The notes under the pieces: model-generated
What the model was told of the DNA's origin: nothing
What the model saw: only the letters and a program-made list of their open reading frames with translations
Database searches by the model: none
In this document: one piece after another, positions 13,444-26,839 of the stretch
Layout of the letters: the number at the start of each line of letters is the position of its first letter
How positions within the stretch are numbered: position 1 is the first letter of the stretch
Translations under genes and position numbers: made by a program
Origin: Geosiphon pyriformis uo1
Lineage: Eukaryota; Fungi; Glomeromycota
Assembly: GCA_016748015.1 (NCBI GenBank)
Contig: JAAOMT010000599.1
Location: 62,001 to 126,000, forward strand
Length of the DNA: 64,000 nt
Direction of reading: 5' to 3'

Positions 13444-16400
13444 TATTATAGGTAATTATTTAAGATATTGATACAAATAAACCCTTAATTTGGTGTTTAT
13501 TAATTGATAATTTTAATAATATTTGAAGATTTTGGTTGAGTTTTTTGTATAATAAACAGAGATTTAATTAATGGTTTTTTTCATGAATTTTTTTCTTTAA
13601 TATAATAGCCAGTTTATTCTAATAGTTATGTTTTTCTGGTAAGCTATTTTTAAATTTCTATTCTTATTTTTGGGTTTTTTACCAGACTTTCCTTAATGTC
13701 AAATACTTAACACTTAATTTCTTTTAATTAATTAGTAAACAACAAACAAATAAAACAAAAGAAAATAAAAAAAATTAAAAAAAAATTAAAAACAAAAAAA
13801 GAAAATAAGAAATTAGTATCTTATCAATAGCTATAATCAAAAGCTATTGGTTCAATATAGTTAAGTGTTAAATTCTATCAACATTCTATATTAATAAAAT
13901 AGAAGTGATTAATATTTTTTAATTAAGTAATAATAACATAAATTCAGATAATAATTGGTATTTTATTGATATGTAATTTAATTCCACTTTAGTTGTAAAA
14001 AACCACTTCTAAAGAGAAAGATATTGGATAATTAATAGATTTTAGCTAATTATTGGTATTGATTCTGTCTTTTTTGTTTTTAATATTCTTACTATATATA
14101 TATATTTTTTGTTATACAAAATCTTATATTTTTTTAAGTAATGTGCCCTATTTTCTTTAACAATATGCCATAATTTTTTAACAATATGCTTATTGCTAAG
14201 CAGTATACCATAATTTACTAATAATGTGCATATTGCTAAGCAATGTGTCATAATTTTCTAACATTGTGCTCTTTTACTAAGTTTTATTCTCCTATTGGTC
14301 TATTTTTCTATCTGTTTTTTCTACTTGTACTTTTTTTTATGAGTAATATTATCTTCTTCTTTAATATTGAGCTCCATCAAAATTTTTATTTTGAATTAAG
14401 TCTATCACTTCTTTTTCTAATACTGTTTGTTCAATTCTGTTTTTTATTTTTTTACTTTAAAAGTTGTTTATTTTTCCCTATTGGTTAACAGTTATTGTTT
14501 CTATTTTTTGGTGTAATAGTATTTTTGGATAATTTTGAAATATGGTGTGTAATTAGTAGATTGTTTTAATATATAATTTAGAATTTGTTTTTTTCCAATA
14601 AAATTTTCAATCTGTTATACTATTTTTTGATTGAATATTCTTTTGAATTTATTAATATATAATTCTTAAATATTTAGTTTTTGTTTTAACTAATAATAAT
14701 AATATAATATTAGAAGTTGTTCTATCTATAGCTTTCAGTTTTTTTTAGTTAACTTTTTTGTTAAAATTATTATTGGTATTTTTCCAATAATGTTTTTTAC
14801 TTTTTCAATAATTTTATCTAACCAGTATTTTGTTTGGTTCTGTAGTTGCTAGTATAGAATAATTTTTGCTTTTTTTTTGGTGTTTTGATAGCAAATTGTT
14901 TGATAATTGATAACAATTTCTATGTCTAATTATTGTTAATTTATGGCCTAAAATAATTGTTGAATTATTATGTAAATGTAATTTGGAATTTCTATCTTTT
15001 TTTGTTGCTTTTGTTATATATACTATGTTTTTTATATACTATTTTTGTAGATTAATTTGATGTGTTTGTGTTAATAATTATGATTGGTTTTAAATCTTGT
15101 GAAATCTTATCTAGTTGGATTAATATTTATTGTATTTTTAGTTGTAGAATATTATTAATAGATGATAATATTATATTGTGATATGGTTTTAGTTAATCTC
15201 TATATGCTGTTTTAGCTAAGATTTTGTTGTTCTATCTTAATTTATAAGCTTCATTTTCTAGAATTTCTTCAATATGAAATGATTTGTTTTATTTGAAGTC
15301 AAATTTTCCACTCTATTTTTTTTTGCTTTGGTATAATATAAAAGTACTTTGTCTCTAATTTTAAATTTGACTGGTTTATTTGGTTATTAGTTATTATGTT
15401 GTTTTTTTGTTTTGCTTGTAATCTTTGGATGTTATCAGCTGTTTTTTATTTTTGGTTTTCTAATGTTTCTATTAAGTTGTATGTTTTTTTTAGCAATGTT
15501 TTTTAGAAGTTGACTTCTGTTATTAGTTTTGTTGAATATATATTGATATCTATTTCAATTAATAATATTGCTGTTCTACTATAAAAAAATTCAAATAGTA
15601 TTGCTTATGTAGTATCTTGTTTTATTGTTTAATAAACAAATAATACTAATAATATAAACAAATTTTATTTATCCTAGTTTTTTTGGCTGATCTTAACTAT
15701 TGTTTCACACAATGTTTTGTTAAATCTTTTAACTAAGCCATTTGTTTATGAATAGTATAATAATAATAATAGTCTTTTGATTCCAAATCTTTAACTTAAT
15801 TCTATTAATGTTCTGTTTACAAAGTAAGTTCCTTGATTTGATAATAATTCTTTTGAACATCTATGCTAACAAATCAAATTTTGGTAAATAAATTTGGTTA
15901 TAAATTCTATATCTGTTCTTTGAATTGTTTTTGCTTTTGGCTATTTTATAAAATAGTTTATGATTATTGCTATATAATAATTGTCTCTGCTGGTTATTGT
16001 TAATAGTTTGACTAAATTAATTCCAATTTGATTAAATAGTTGTCTTATTTTAATTGGTTTTAGTGGTTTACTGGGTTTTGTTTCTCTTTTTCTTTAACAA
16101 GCATCACAATTTTGAACATATTAAATAATGTTTAGATACATAAATGGTCAATAATATTTTTTTTTGGTTCTTTTTATAGTTGCTTTTTTATGAAAATATC
16201 TTGTTGTTGAATTTAAGTGCATGTTAAATAGTATTGTTTCTTTTTCTAATTTTGTGATTACTTTGAGTGACTGATCTAGATATTTTTTATTCTTTTGGTA
16301 TAATATATTTTGGTATATAATAAAATAATTTACTTGTTGTTTTATGTTGTTTTGTTTCTTTTAAGATAATTTCTTCTTGAACTGCTAAGTATTAATATAG

Positions 16401-17450
16401 TATTAAAATTGTTGATGTTTTTATGTGTTCATTTTTTGTTATATTTTTGGGTTGAAATGTTTTTATATTTGTTTCATTTATGACAAACTATTAGCATTTT
16501 TATTTTTTTTTTATATAATATACAGTATATTAAATAGCAATAGTTCTATTTTCTATCTTATATGGCAATTGTCTCCAAATTTTTGCTTCTAGATTGATGT
16601 CAGTTTTTTGTGATTAGTGTACACATTAAACTTTTGACTTAAATATTTCTTTTATTTAATAACAGCTCAATAGATAGTTAAGTGTTTTAATGCTAGAATT
16701 TTATAGTTTTTTTTGGCTGGACTTAAACTTTTGCTGGCATATGCTATTAGATGTTCTTATTTATTTGCTCTTTTTTGTGACAATACAGCTTTTAATGCTT
16801 GACCAGATATATCAATGGTAATAATAAATAACTTGCTGTGATCTAAATAAATTAGTATTGATGTTTAAATAAGCTTTTTTTCTAAGATATTAAATGTTTT
16901 TTGTTGGATTTCAGTTCATTTATATTTCACATTCTTTGTTTAGAGCTGGTAAAATAGTTAAGCCAGTTTGGAGAAATTTTGGATAAAGTGGTAATAGTAT
17001 TCAGCAAATCTTAAAAATACTCTTAATTTTGTCAAATTTGTTGGTACTGAAAAGTTTTTAACTATTTTAATTTTGTCTGAATCTGTTTTAATGTTATCTT
17101 TGCTTACAATATGTTCCAAAAACTTGAATTCTGTTTTGCCAAAAAAATATTTAGTTGTATTTAACTTTAATCCAGCTCTTCTTAATCTTTTAAATATTTG
17201 TTGGAGATAATAAAAATAATTATTGAATGTTTTTGAAAACACATTAGTGTTATCTAAGTAGACTACTACTAATTTCTATAACAGTTCAATATAAACAATC
17301 TTCATAAGCTGTTAAAAAGTGGCTGGAGTATTGGTTAAGTCAAATGACATAATATTGAATTCGAAATTTTTTTTTTTAATAGTAAATGCTGTTTTTTTTT
17401 GTTGGCTGGATTTATAGCTACTTGCTAGTAATCATTATTTAAGTCTAATA
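13444..17450 (-). mobile_element. Gypsy element C (B-related): 3' LTR 13444-14348, ORF3 about 14360-14995, IN-RH-partial RT; truncated at 17450
   Basis: LTR start tattatagg corresponds to B tgttacagg; 14341-14385 corresponds to 43371-43415 (LTR end/PPT); RT ORF 16958-17242; collinear with 44000-46290. Confidence 0.8.
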
Positions 17451-18117
17451 CAGTCAGAAAGATTTCTTGATTTGTCAAATGAAATTAGAGAAGTTTCTGG
17501 AAATGATTGTAGAACACTAAACAAAATTTCTGAAATATTACAACATTCAATTATTCTTTTTCTTTATAAGTCACCACTGCCATTAAATAACAATAACAGA
17601 ACTATTATATCTGATTTGTTGTTTGTAAGTATTATGAGAGTTTTAATAATAATTAACATATAGTACAGTACTGTTGCTCTTGGTGTTTTGGAGACTGGTA
17701 GTGCTTCAGAAACTGGTAGTGCTTTGAAGACTGTTGCTGTGAGTATTAATAAAGTTATTCTGAATCAAACTTTGGCTAACAAAATTACTTTTTCTCTATA
17801 TTGGAAAAAAAATTAACAGACCTACAAGCGAGAATAATGGCCTAATAGAATCCTTCAAGAACAAATTTGTTAATGAGACATTTTTTGAGCAAATTAACTG
17901 GGAATAAAGTTCAAATTTATCTTTCTTTAAGAAGAGAAATGTAACTAGTAATAAAACTTAAAGCATAAAAATTCTAATATATATTTAATAAATATGTTTT
18001 TACATCAACTTTGGCATCTGCAATTAAAAAAAGACTCTATACTAACAATCATATTCATCATTTAACTAATATTTAATATTAGTAAGTGAAAGTTTAACTG
18101 ATAGTTTTAAAAATATA

Positions 18118-18800
18118 TTAAAAATCAACTTTTTTGGGACAAATAAATCCATATTGAATGCTTTTCATAATCCAAACATAATTATGCAGAATGGAGATTT
18201 GGACCTAAACTCAACATATTATGTTTTAAAAATAGGTATATATAATACAATAGTAGCATTAATAGTAAGTTCAATCTTGATGACCAATAAGATTTTTGTA
18301 TGTAATCCAAATTTTTTAGCTTGTAGAAAATATTGCAAATGAGAATCAATAAGAAGGAGTGGCAAAAAGCCATGTATTGGAAATTATTACTATTAAACAA
18401 TTGGCAATAATAGTTGTCAAAACTTTATGGAATCTATCTAGTAGTTTTCTCTTTAGCAGCTGGTAGATATCTTAACTGTGTATTCAAATAATAGAACTGA
18501 ATGGAGTTTAGAATCTCATAAAACATGTATCAGCAAAAGAGCCTGATCCATAATCTTTATATTACAGCTTTGGATAAGAATCTTGCCAAGTATTACATTA
18601 AATAATATGAGCATTAATACTACAATCATTGTGATTTATATTCCATGCAACTTTTGGGCTGCATATATCAAAATTATTATCCACTATAGAAAAAATTACA
18701 TCATGGACATTGTGTTTATAGTTGACATCTTCAAAAATACAAGCATTGTGTATTAACTAATTATAGTTCTAATTATAAATAGTAATATACTCAATCCAAC
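18118..18800 (-). pseudogene. Decayed accessory ORF of unknown function inside the DNA transposon
   Basis: Protein-like reading (IHNACIFEDVNY...CSPKVAWNINHNDC...YGSGSFADTCF...WIMKSIQYGFICPKKVDF*) with stops and frameshifts. Confidence 0.35.
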
Positions 18801-18849
18801 ATAAACAAAACTGTATACAATACAATATATTTCTAACTTCTTAAAAAAT

Positions 18850-21590
18850 ATTTATTAGGCTGTTACACAATTAACTTGATAAGCTTTGAAAACATAATTA
18901 CTTAAAAAAGGTATTAAAAAGTTAATAATAGATAATAGTTGTGATTTTATTAACAGATTTATATTTTTTAATGATCTGTTTTTTCACTTGTTACTGAAAT
19001 TAGTTTTCAAGTACCTAACAATGTTTTTTTAATTTATTTTGCTTTAAAAAAGTCTATTTTTTCATTTGTGCAATTTCACTAAATTTTTTTATTTTTTTGC
19101 TTAATATTTATTCATGGCCAATATCATAAAAAACACAATTAGAGACATTTGGATTTACAAACTGTGTTTTTTTTATCTGAACTCGAAATTAATTTAATTT
19201 AGCAATAAAGCTAAAATATGTACAAGACCTGTATATTTTACTTTTAGAATATTTGATGACATTAAAAAAGTTAATATGTAATCTCTCAAATTTGATACAG
19301 CTACATATTGCAATTTCTCAATATTGTTGTAAAGGTGTAAAAGAAATCAATGATTTGAGCATTTTGTTAAATTTTTCAAGTATTGTATTATAGTTTTGAT
19401 GTTGATTTAAAAGTTTAGATCAAGAAATTACAATTCTTTTTTGAATCAGCTTGCAAACTTCAGGCTTTAATTGTAGTCATTGTTCTTTATTAGCAATTTC
19501 AATTAATTGGTAAATAAGATGGTGCTGAGCAGACTAAATTGGTGCAAACATTTGTTTAGCTACAAGTCTTAATAAAGACCTATTAAAACAAATTTCAGTG
19601 CAAAAGTTAATAATTGCTTGTAAATAAAAAAAGACTTGTTTATACTTTAATCTGAATATGAGATTTGTTTTATTTTGGGCCCATTCTAAGTAATCTTCAA
19701 CAGATAAATTTTCTTTAGAAACAATATATAACTACATTAATTCAAAAGTCATTGCATACCTATATATATTATATATCAAATCTCATAACTTATGATAATT
19801 AGAACATTTTTTAAAAAACTATAGTTAACTTTTACTTCGATATTTCTGACATTGTGCAAAGTATTTTATATCAATATTTTAATTTAGCTTAACAAATGCT
19901 TTTAGCATATTTATCTCTTTATGAAGAGCACTCAGAACCAATATAAGCCAAAAAAAGTTTTTTTGATTGTTTGTGCACAATAATAAAGTACTCTATTATA
20001 TGTTACTACAACTCATTTGTGGCTATTATCTTTAATACAAAAACCTTTTGAATATTAGCAATTAAGTTTGGATTTATGGCTATTGGATCAGAAACATATA
20101 ATTGCAGTATATAAATCTCAATTTTCAGATACAATTGTGCATTTTCAAATATATAAGAATAAGAAATGGGTTTTCAGTAATGTTAACTGATTTATTCAAT
20201 TGATTTATCTCAGTAATTGTTGGTAATTTGTTACAACATGCAGAACAAACTTGCTTCTTATTATCAATGTTAGACAATTAACAAGCTGGGGATTTTTTTA
20301 GAGAACCAATTTGGCTTTGATGTTGTATTAATTCATTAATTATATTTGTTTCTTGACTTTTCTCTACACAAAACTTTTCTAAAATAATAATAAGATAATT
20401 AATAAGTTCTTTATAAATTTTATTTATCATATCTGAAGTTAAAAAAAATAATTTCTCATATTCCTTTTTGGAAAGTTCAAAATATAACCAAGGATCTATA
20501 TTTTGAATATTATTAATTTGATTATAATTAAAAACAACAAAATTTATAATGATATTAAATATAACTGTATTATATCTACAATCTAAGTAATTTTTTTGAC
20601 TTTTTTGTTCATTGTCAAAGACTAAAAATAAAAATCTTTTGTGAAGCTTTGACTGTTCTATAGTCAAACTTTCTAATCAGTTAGTAAACTTTTTATAACA
20701 ACCAGAACTTATAATATAATTATCAATATTAATGACTATTTTCGATCTTACTATTAAATATTTGATTGCTGAAGTGGCTAAATTAATAACAAAAACATAT
20801 TTTAAGTGCCTTAATTCATATATAGCATTAACTGCTATAGCATACTTAAAAAGTTTTTCTCTTTTATTTTGATATTTATTTTTATTATAAATAAGAGTTT
20901 TAATAAATTTTATAATAACTGAATTTTATTTTGCAAGCCATATTAAAAAACAATACTCTAAAAGACTATCTAGATTAAAATGGTCATAATTTTTTTTAAA
21001 ACTTATTATATTATTATACAAATTATTTTGTTCTTTTTTGGAAATTTCTGTTATGAATTTAATATGATCCTGTTAATTATTAAATACTTCATGTAATTGC
21101 TTTTTAATGTTACATTTTCAGATAATAATTGTTGATTAATATTTTTTAGCTCCTGTATTTGTTTTATATAAACTTTATATATTGGATCTAGCAAGAATAT
21201 TTGGACTTCAAAATCAAAAAAAGTTTTTTCTAATTCTAATAACTTGTTATCATTAGAAAATCTTGGTCTTTTTCTTTCTGTTTTTTTTAAATCTAAAAAA
21301 GTTGAATCATTTGATTTAATAATTCGTTTAATAAAAGACTTTTTAACAATAATCTAATTATAATGTCTTTCACATAAAGAGTAATTGTTTAGAGAGTTAA
21401 GTAATATAGTTAATCTAGAAAAATACTTGATTATTTCTGTTATTTTTTTTGTTACAACACTAGCTAATACATGTCACTATCTTTAATTTTCTTTGGTTTT
21501 ATATTTTACTAATTGACTTTTATTATATTCACTGATAAAAAATTCAAATAAATAGGGTAAGTCTTTGACATTTATTATAAAGCAAGACAT
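18850..21590 (-). pseudogene. Putative DDE transposase pseudogene (Academ/DUF6589-like)
   Basis: ATG at 21590; LCERHYN; VFDNEQ; Cys ribbon; VVVTYNRVLY (from VTCDGVPY); LVLSALHKEINMLK (from PGALHEEMNMLK); NYNTILEKFNK (from GxDAILEExNK). Reconstructions use only C>T/G>A reversal; family assignment is from motif recall. Confidence 0.6.
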
Positions 21591-21761
21591 AATTTTAAAT
21601 CCAATTTAATAAAAAACTACTATGTAAAGTTGTATAGATTCTTATAGATTCTAAAACTTTGTATTTATAAAAGTATGTTTCTATTATTAGTTTTGATTTT
21701 TATTTGAAGTATTTGATCAATAAAGTATTATAAAATTTTTTATGCTAATAATGTTAAACAC

Positions 21762-22745
21762 TATTACCAGAGGTTTTTGGTCTCTTTTCTTGAATGTTGT
21801 TAATGTCTGTTTGTTGTGAATTCACGTTTTCAGAAAGTAGTTGGATCTCCAGTAACTGAATTTATCTTCAAATTATCTCCTATAATTTGAACTTGCTGGG
21901 CTTATGAGTGGAATGGCCAATTCCATGCCAGTTGCTTTATGTAGTTATGTTGTAGTAAACATCAACTCTTTCCCAAGAATTGCTCATCTGAAAGCTCACT
22001 AAAAATGTGTAGTTACTTTGCTGTGAAAGTCAACTCTTCTACAAGAATCTTGTCTGTAGGCTACCCTAATGATTGTAATAAGAAAAAATAAATAAATAAA
22101 TAAAAGAAATGTAAAAGAAATAGGATTTTATCAAGAGAAACGTTTTTCTATTCAGGCCTGAAGTCACTAACAGTTTACTGAAATTGGTAGCTAATCAATT
22201 TCAAAATGTTAGTTGGGTTTTGGGGATTTTCCAAGTGCAATAATTAAAGAATTTGATTTTTTGAATTATTTGATATTTATTTCTTTTTGTGTGTGTAGGA
22301 ATGGTTCTAAGTGATAAATCTAAAGTAAGATACATTTTCTCAAAGTAAGATGCTCTTCTTTTATACAACTTGTCGTAACACTATTCTATGAACTTGAACT
22401 TTGCTATTTTCTACAATTTCGCTAAACTAAAGATACATTTTGGCAAACTACAAGTTATTTCTGCAAACTATTAAATATTTTGGTGAACTATCAATTATTT
22501 TGGCAAATTTCTACAAATTTTGGTGAACTTTTGAATGTTACATAGTTCAGGGTATTGCATAATTGATCATTGCAATTAGATTATATTTGTGTTGTGTACA
22601 AATTGGGTTATTAATTTAAATGATAATTTTGGACATTTTGCTAATGTAATAAGTGATAATTTGAAATGATAATATATGCTAATTAATGATAGGATTTATA
22701 AGATAATTTCATGCTAAATAATATCTCTAATTTCATTTGATAACA
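21762..22745 (-). repeat. 3' LTR of element A
   Basis: Direct repeat of 30664-31647; contains a ~20-bp tandem array (attttggcgaacta-like) at about 22430-22530. Confidence 0.97.
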
Positions 22746-23433
22746 TAATCTCCTTCTCAAGACTGAGCTCCGTCAAAGTCCAAGTACTGTCTGTAATTTC
22801 CAGATAGTAATCCAAAATTATTGAAAAAATTTGGTCTGAAAATTGTTGAAATTTCAGTTCTGTAAGCTTTTCAATGTATTGAATCTTCAAAGGTCGTAAA
22901 ATTGGGTTTTGTAGGACATTTTCACAGGTGTGAAATAGGTCATAAAGTCTAAGAGCAGCTCTGAACTTGTAGTGACTGTTTGTTGGTCCAGCTGTTGTCT
23001 TGAATTCATTGCAGAGTTGTTTTTGAATAGCTTCTTTTGTGAGGTTTGCTGTTGTAAGTTCCAGTTTCCATTCGTAGAGTGTTTTTCCAATGTGGAAATA
23101 TCTATAGATTGGAGAATATTCAGTGTTTTCTTCATTGAGACACAGTTGAAGTCTTTGTTGAATTGTAGCATTTGGTGGAATACTAATTGGAGTGAGCATT
23201 AGGTTTTCTCTTAAAGCAAACTTTAAAAGTTCTGGGAGGTGAATTCCAGAATAACTTCTTGTGTTCTTCTTATATGGGTAATATTTTTGTGAATTTGGGG
23301 CTAAATTTGTAACTACTTCTGTTTGGGTATAATTAATGTGGTTTCCAGTAACAGTAATAGATAATTTGGGTATTGTTTTTAAAGCTAACATTAGTTTTTG
23401 GGATAATTGTTAAATGTTTTGAGGAATAGTCAT
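22714..23433 (-). pseudogene. ORF3 of element A, uncharacterised protein of about 240 aa
   Basis: ATG at 23433 in frame with the 225-aa ORF 22714-23391 (one intervening TAA); homologues at the same position in B, C and D. Confidence 0.8.
22746..22760 (-). promoter_or_regulatory. Polypurine tract of A
   Basis: Minus strand GAGAAGGAGATTA immediately before the 3' LTR. Confidence 0.8.
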
Positions 23434-26400
23434 TATAAGAGATTTGAAATAAAAGAAAATTATTTTTGGTGTATGGGTTTTTATGTTATTTTTTTTTTTT
23501 CTTTGTTTTGTTTTTGGTGAGATTGTTTCTAAATTATAAGAGAATAACTAGTAAAATTAAATTAAGTGTTCAGGTTGGAAGATTGTTCAATGACAACTAT
23601 TGGTTCTAAGTTTCAGAGAATATCTTCGGGATTGACTAAAGAGGAATGTGTACCAATTTGTGGAATTAATGGTTCAAAATTGTTTCTGAAATGATAGTGT
23701 TTCAAATGATCTCTATGTGCAACTTTTGCTAGGATTTTGTTATCAAGTCTTAGCTTGTATGATCTATTGCCTAGGACTTCATGGATAAAGAATGGTCCAT
23801 CCCATTTATTTTCAAATTTTCCACTCCATTGTTTTTCAGCTTTAGTTCTGTGTAAGAGAACTTTGTTTCCAATTTTAAATTCATTGGTGACTGGAGACAA
23901 TTTGTCATCATGCCATTCTTTTTGTCGAGCTTGGGAGTGTTCAATATGGGTGGCTGCTATTCGTCGTTTTTCTTCCAATGTGCTAAGCAGAGTGTAGGCT
24001 TTTCGCTGAAGCGTTTCTTGGAAATTGTTTTCATTGATTGGTTGTGCTGAGTATGTTTCTACTGTGAAACTAATTGGTAATGTTGCTGTCCTTCTGTAAG
24101 TTAAATTAAATGGTGTGTGTTTTGTGGTATCTTGTTTTAGTGTTCTGTATGCTAACAACATTGATAGAATAAAGATATCTCACTCTTGCTCAAAATTGGT
24201 TAAGACTTTGGCTAATAACTCATACAATGTTCTGTTAAAATGTTCCACAAGTCTGTTTGTTTGTGGATAGTAGGGCAAAGACAGAGGTCTTTTGACATTA
24301 AATCGTTTGCAAATTTCTTGTATTAGGTTGTTCACAAAGTGTGTCCTCTGATCGGATAAAAGTTCAATTGGACATCTATGTCTACAAATGATGTTTTCAT
24401 AGATGAAATTTGCTACTGATTTTGCATTTGCTCGTTGAATGGCTTTGGCTTTGGGCCATTTAGTAAGATAGTCTACAGCTACTGCAATATAATGGTTTCC
24501 TTGAGTGGTAATAGATAGTGGTCTGACTAAATCAATACCAATTCAGTCAAAGAGTTGTCTAACTTTGATTGAATTTAATGGTTCAGTAGGGTGTGTTTTT
24601 CCTTTTCTTTGACAATTATCACAAGATTCAACATATTCATGAATGTCTTTTCTCATTTGAGGCCAAAAGTAGTATTCTAGTGTTCTTTGGATGGTGCTAT
24701 CTTTTCCGAAGTGTGCTGATAAAGGATCTAAGTACATGTTGTATAATATGGTCTCTTTTTTCTGTTCTTGTATTAATCTGAGTGGTTTGTTTGAGTTTTT
24801 GAAATTTTGATAATAAATAATGTTGTTGTGTAGAAAATATTGTTTGGCTTGCTGTTGTAGTCAATGTTTTTTATCTAGAGACCAATCTGTTGGAATTGTT
24901 AATATTTCCAAATATTGTTTGAGATTGTTATAGTTTTCTGAATTCATTGTTTGTTGGCTCTTTTGGTTGGTTAAGTTGAGTGTTGGTTTTTGTGTTTTCT
25001 AATCTTGTCTTATTCTGGAGAGACAGTCAACATTGGTGTGGAGTTTTCCTGGTTTGTGATGTACTATGTATCAATAGTTTGCTAGAAATCCTGTCCATCG
25101 GGTTTGTTTTGCATTCAGCTGAGTATTTTTGTTTTGAAGCCATTTGAGTCTAATATTATCAGTGATAATATCGAATTTTTTAGGCCTGAAATAAAAGTTG
25201 AAGTGATGTAGGGCCCAAATTATGGCTGCTGTTTCTAGTTCTGTGGCAGAGTAGTTTTTCTCAGCTGGTTTTAATGTTCTGCTAGCATAAACAATTACTC
25301 GCTTATTTCCATTGTCATCTAATTGTGATAAGATGACACCAAAGGCAGTATACGAAGCATCTGTAGCTAGTCGAAATTGTTTGCTGAAATCTGGGTAAGC
25401 GAGGATTGAAGCTGTTGTCAGTTTTTCTTTGAAAATTCCAAAAGCTTTTTGGTGTTTGGTAGTTCATTTGTATTCAACGTTTTTGGTGGTAAGCTGGTTG
25501 AAGGGTTTTGTAATTTTCAAGAATCCTTTGATAAACTTCCGATAATAGGATGCTAATCCTATGAATCCTCTTAGTTCTGTAGTGTTTTGAGGAGTTTTGA
25601 AGTTTTTGACAATGCTGATTTTTCCAGGGTCCGGTTTGATTCTATCTTTACTAACAATATGACCAAGGAAGACCAGGCTTGTTTTTCCAAAGTAGCATTT
25701 TTTGATGTTGAGTTTTAGTCCTGCTTTTTGTAATCATTGAAAAACTTCTCACAGGTGTTTTAAGTGTAATTCGAATGATGGAGAATAAACATCAGTATTG
25801 TCAAGATAAATGACTACTGACTTTCAAAGGAGTTCTTGGTACACAACATCCATTAATCTCTAAAATGTTGCTGGTACATTGCATAATCCGAAAAGCATTA
25901 CATTGAACTCGTAATTTCTGTCTTGGGTGATGAATGCTGTTTTGGAGTGATCTTTGGGATCCATAGCAACTTGCCAGTAACCGCTTTCTAAATCTAGTGT
26001 TGAAAAATATTTGGATTTTCTAAGGGCATCTAACATGTTATCAATTTGGGGAAGGGGGTAGACATCTCCAATTGTAACACTGTTGAGTTGTTGATAATCA
26101 ACACAAAATCGGATCTTTCCATTTTTCTTTTTAATTAGCACTACAGGTGAAGCCCAAGAACTCATGAAGGGTTGGATGAGCCCATTGTTAAGCATTTGTT
26201 GTACTTTTTTTCGGATGAATTGGTGGCTTTCTGGAGCAATTCGATATGTTTGTTGTCTTCTTGGTTTGGCATCTCCTGTATAAATTTGGTGTTGGACCAA
26301 ATTGGTTCTTCTTAAGTCATTGTTGTTTTCAGCGAAGATATCGGCAAATTCTATAATTAGCTCTTTGAGCTGAATCTGTTGTTGTGGTTTAAGTTGTCCC

Positions 26401-26839
26401 ATGTTGATTCAAGATAGTTTTTCTATAACAACATGGTAGTTTTCGGAGCTGGGGTTTGGGTTGATTTTTGGTAGTGAATGTCCAATAATTTCAGAGAAAT
26501 CAGGGACTGTTTGGGGTAATTCTTGTTGAAATATATTATTGTAAATAACTCCAATTTCTAAATTATTTAATAAAATTATGAGGTAATTATTGGGGTTGTA
26601 AAAAGTAACTCAGACTTTCTTTGTTTCTTCTGGAATATAAATGTTTGGGATCTAAATATTATGTTTCAAGCAGACTTGTTCATTGGACTCAAAAATTTGT
26701 TGTGTGGTTGTTGGCTTTGGGCAGGTGTAGATTTCTGGATGTTCTCTAAAGGGTGAGATGGTAATTGGTTGTGGAAGTCTGAGAATCTGGTGGGATTCAT
26801 TCTGTATATTAAGAGCTATATTAACTGGAACTGTGAATC

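Noticed and set aside
21762-21770. Both A LTRs begin TATTA instead of TGTTA, suggesting a non-canonical terminus
   Set aside because: The same TG>TA decay affects the C, E and F termini, and the opposite end retains TAACA; hypermutation is sufficient, though a shared origin is not excluded
22714-23433. ORF3 as an envelope gene
   Set aside because: Too short; no visible signal peptide, fusion peptide or transmembrane anchor
23613-23615. Stop codon at the same integrase-tail position in four of five copies, suggesting programmed read-through
   Set aside because: Copy C has CAA; TGA, TAA and CAA all derive from a CpG-containing CGA codon. A family consensus would settle it.
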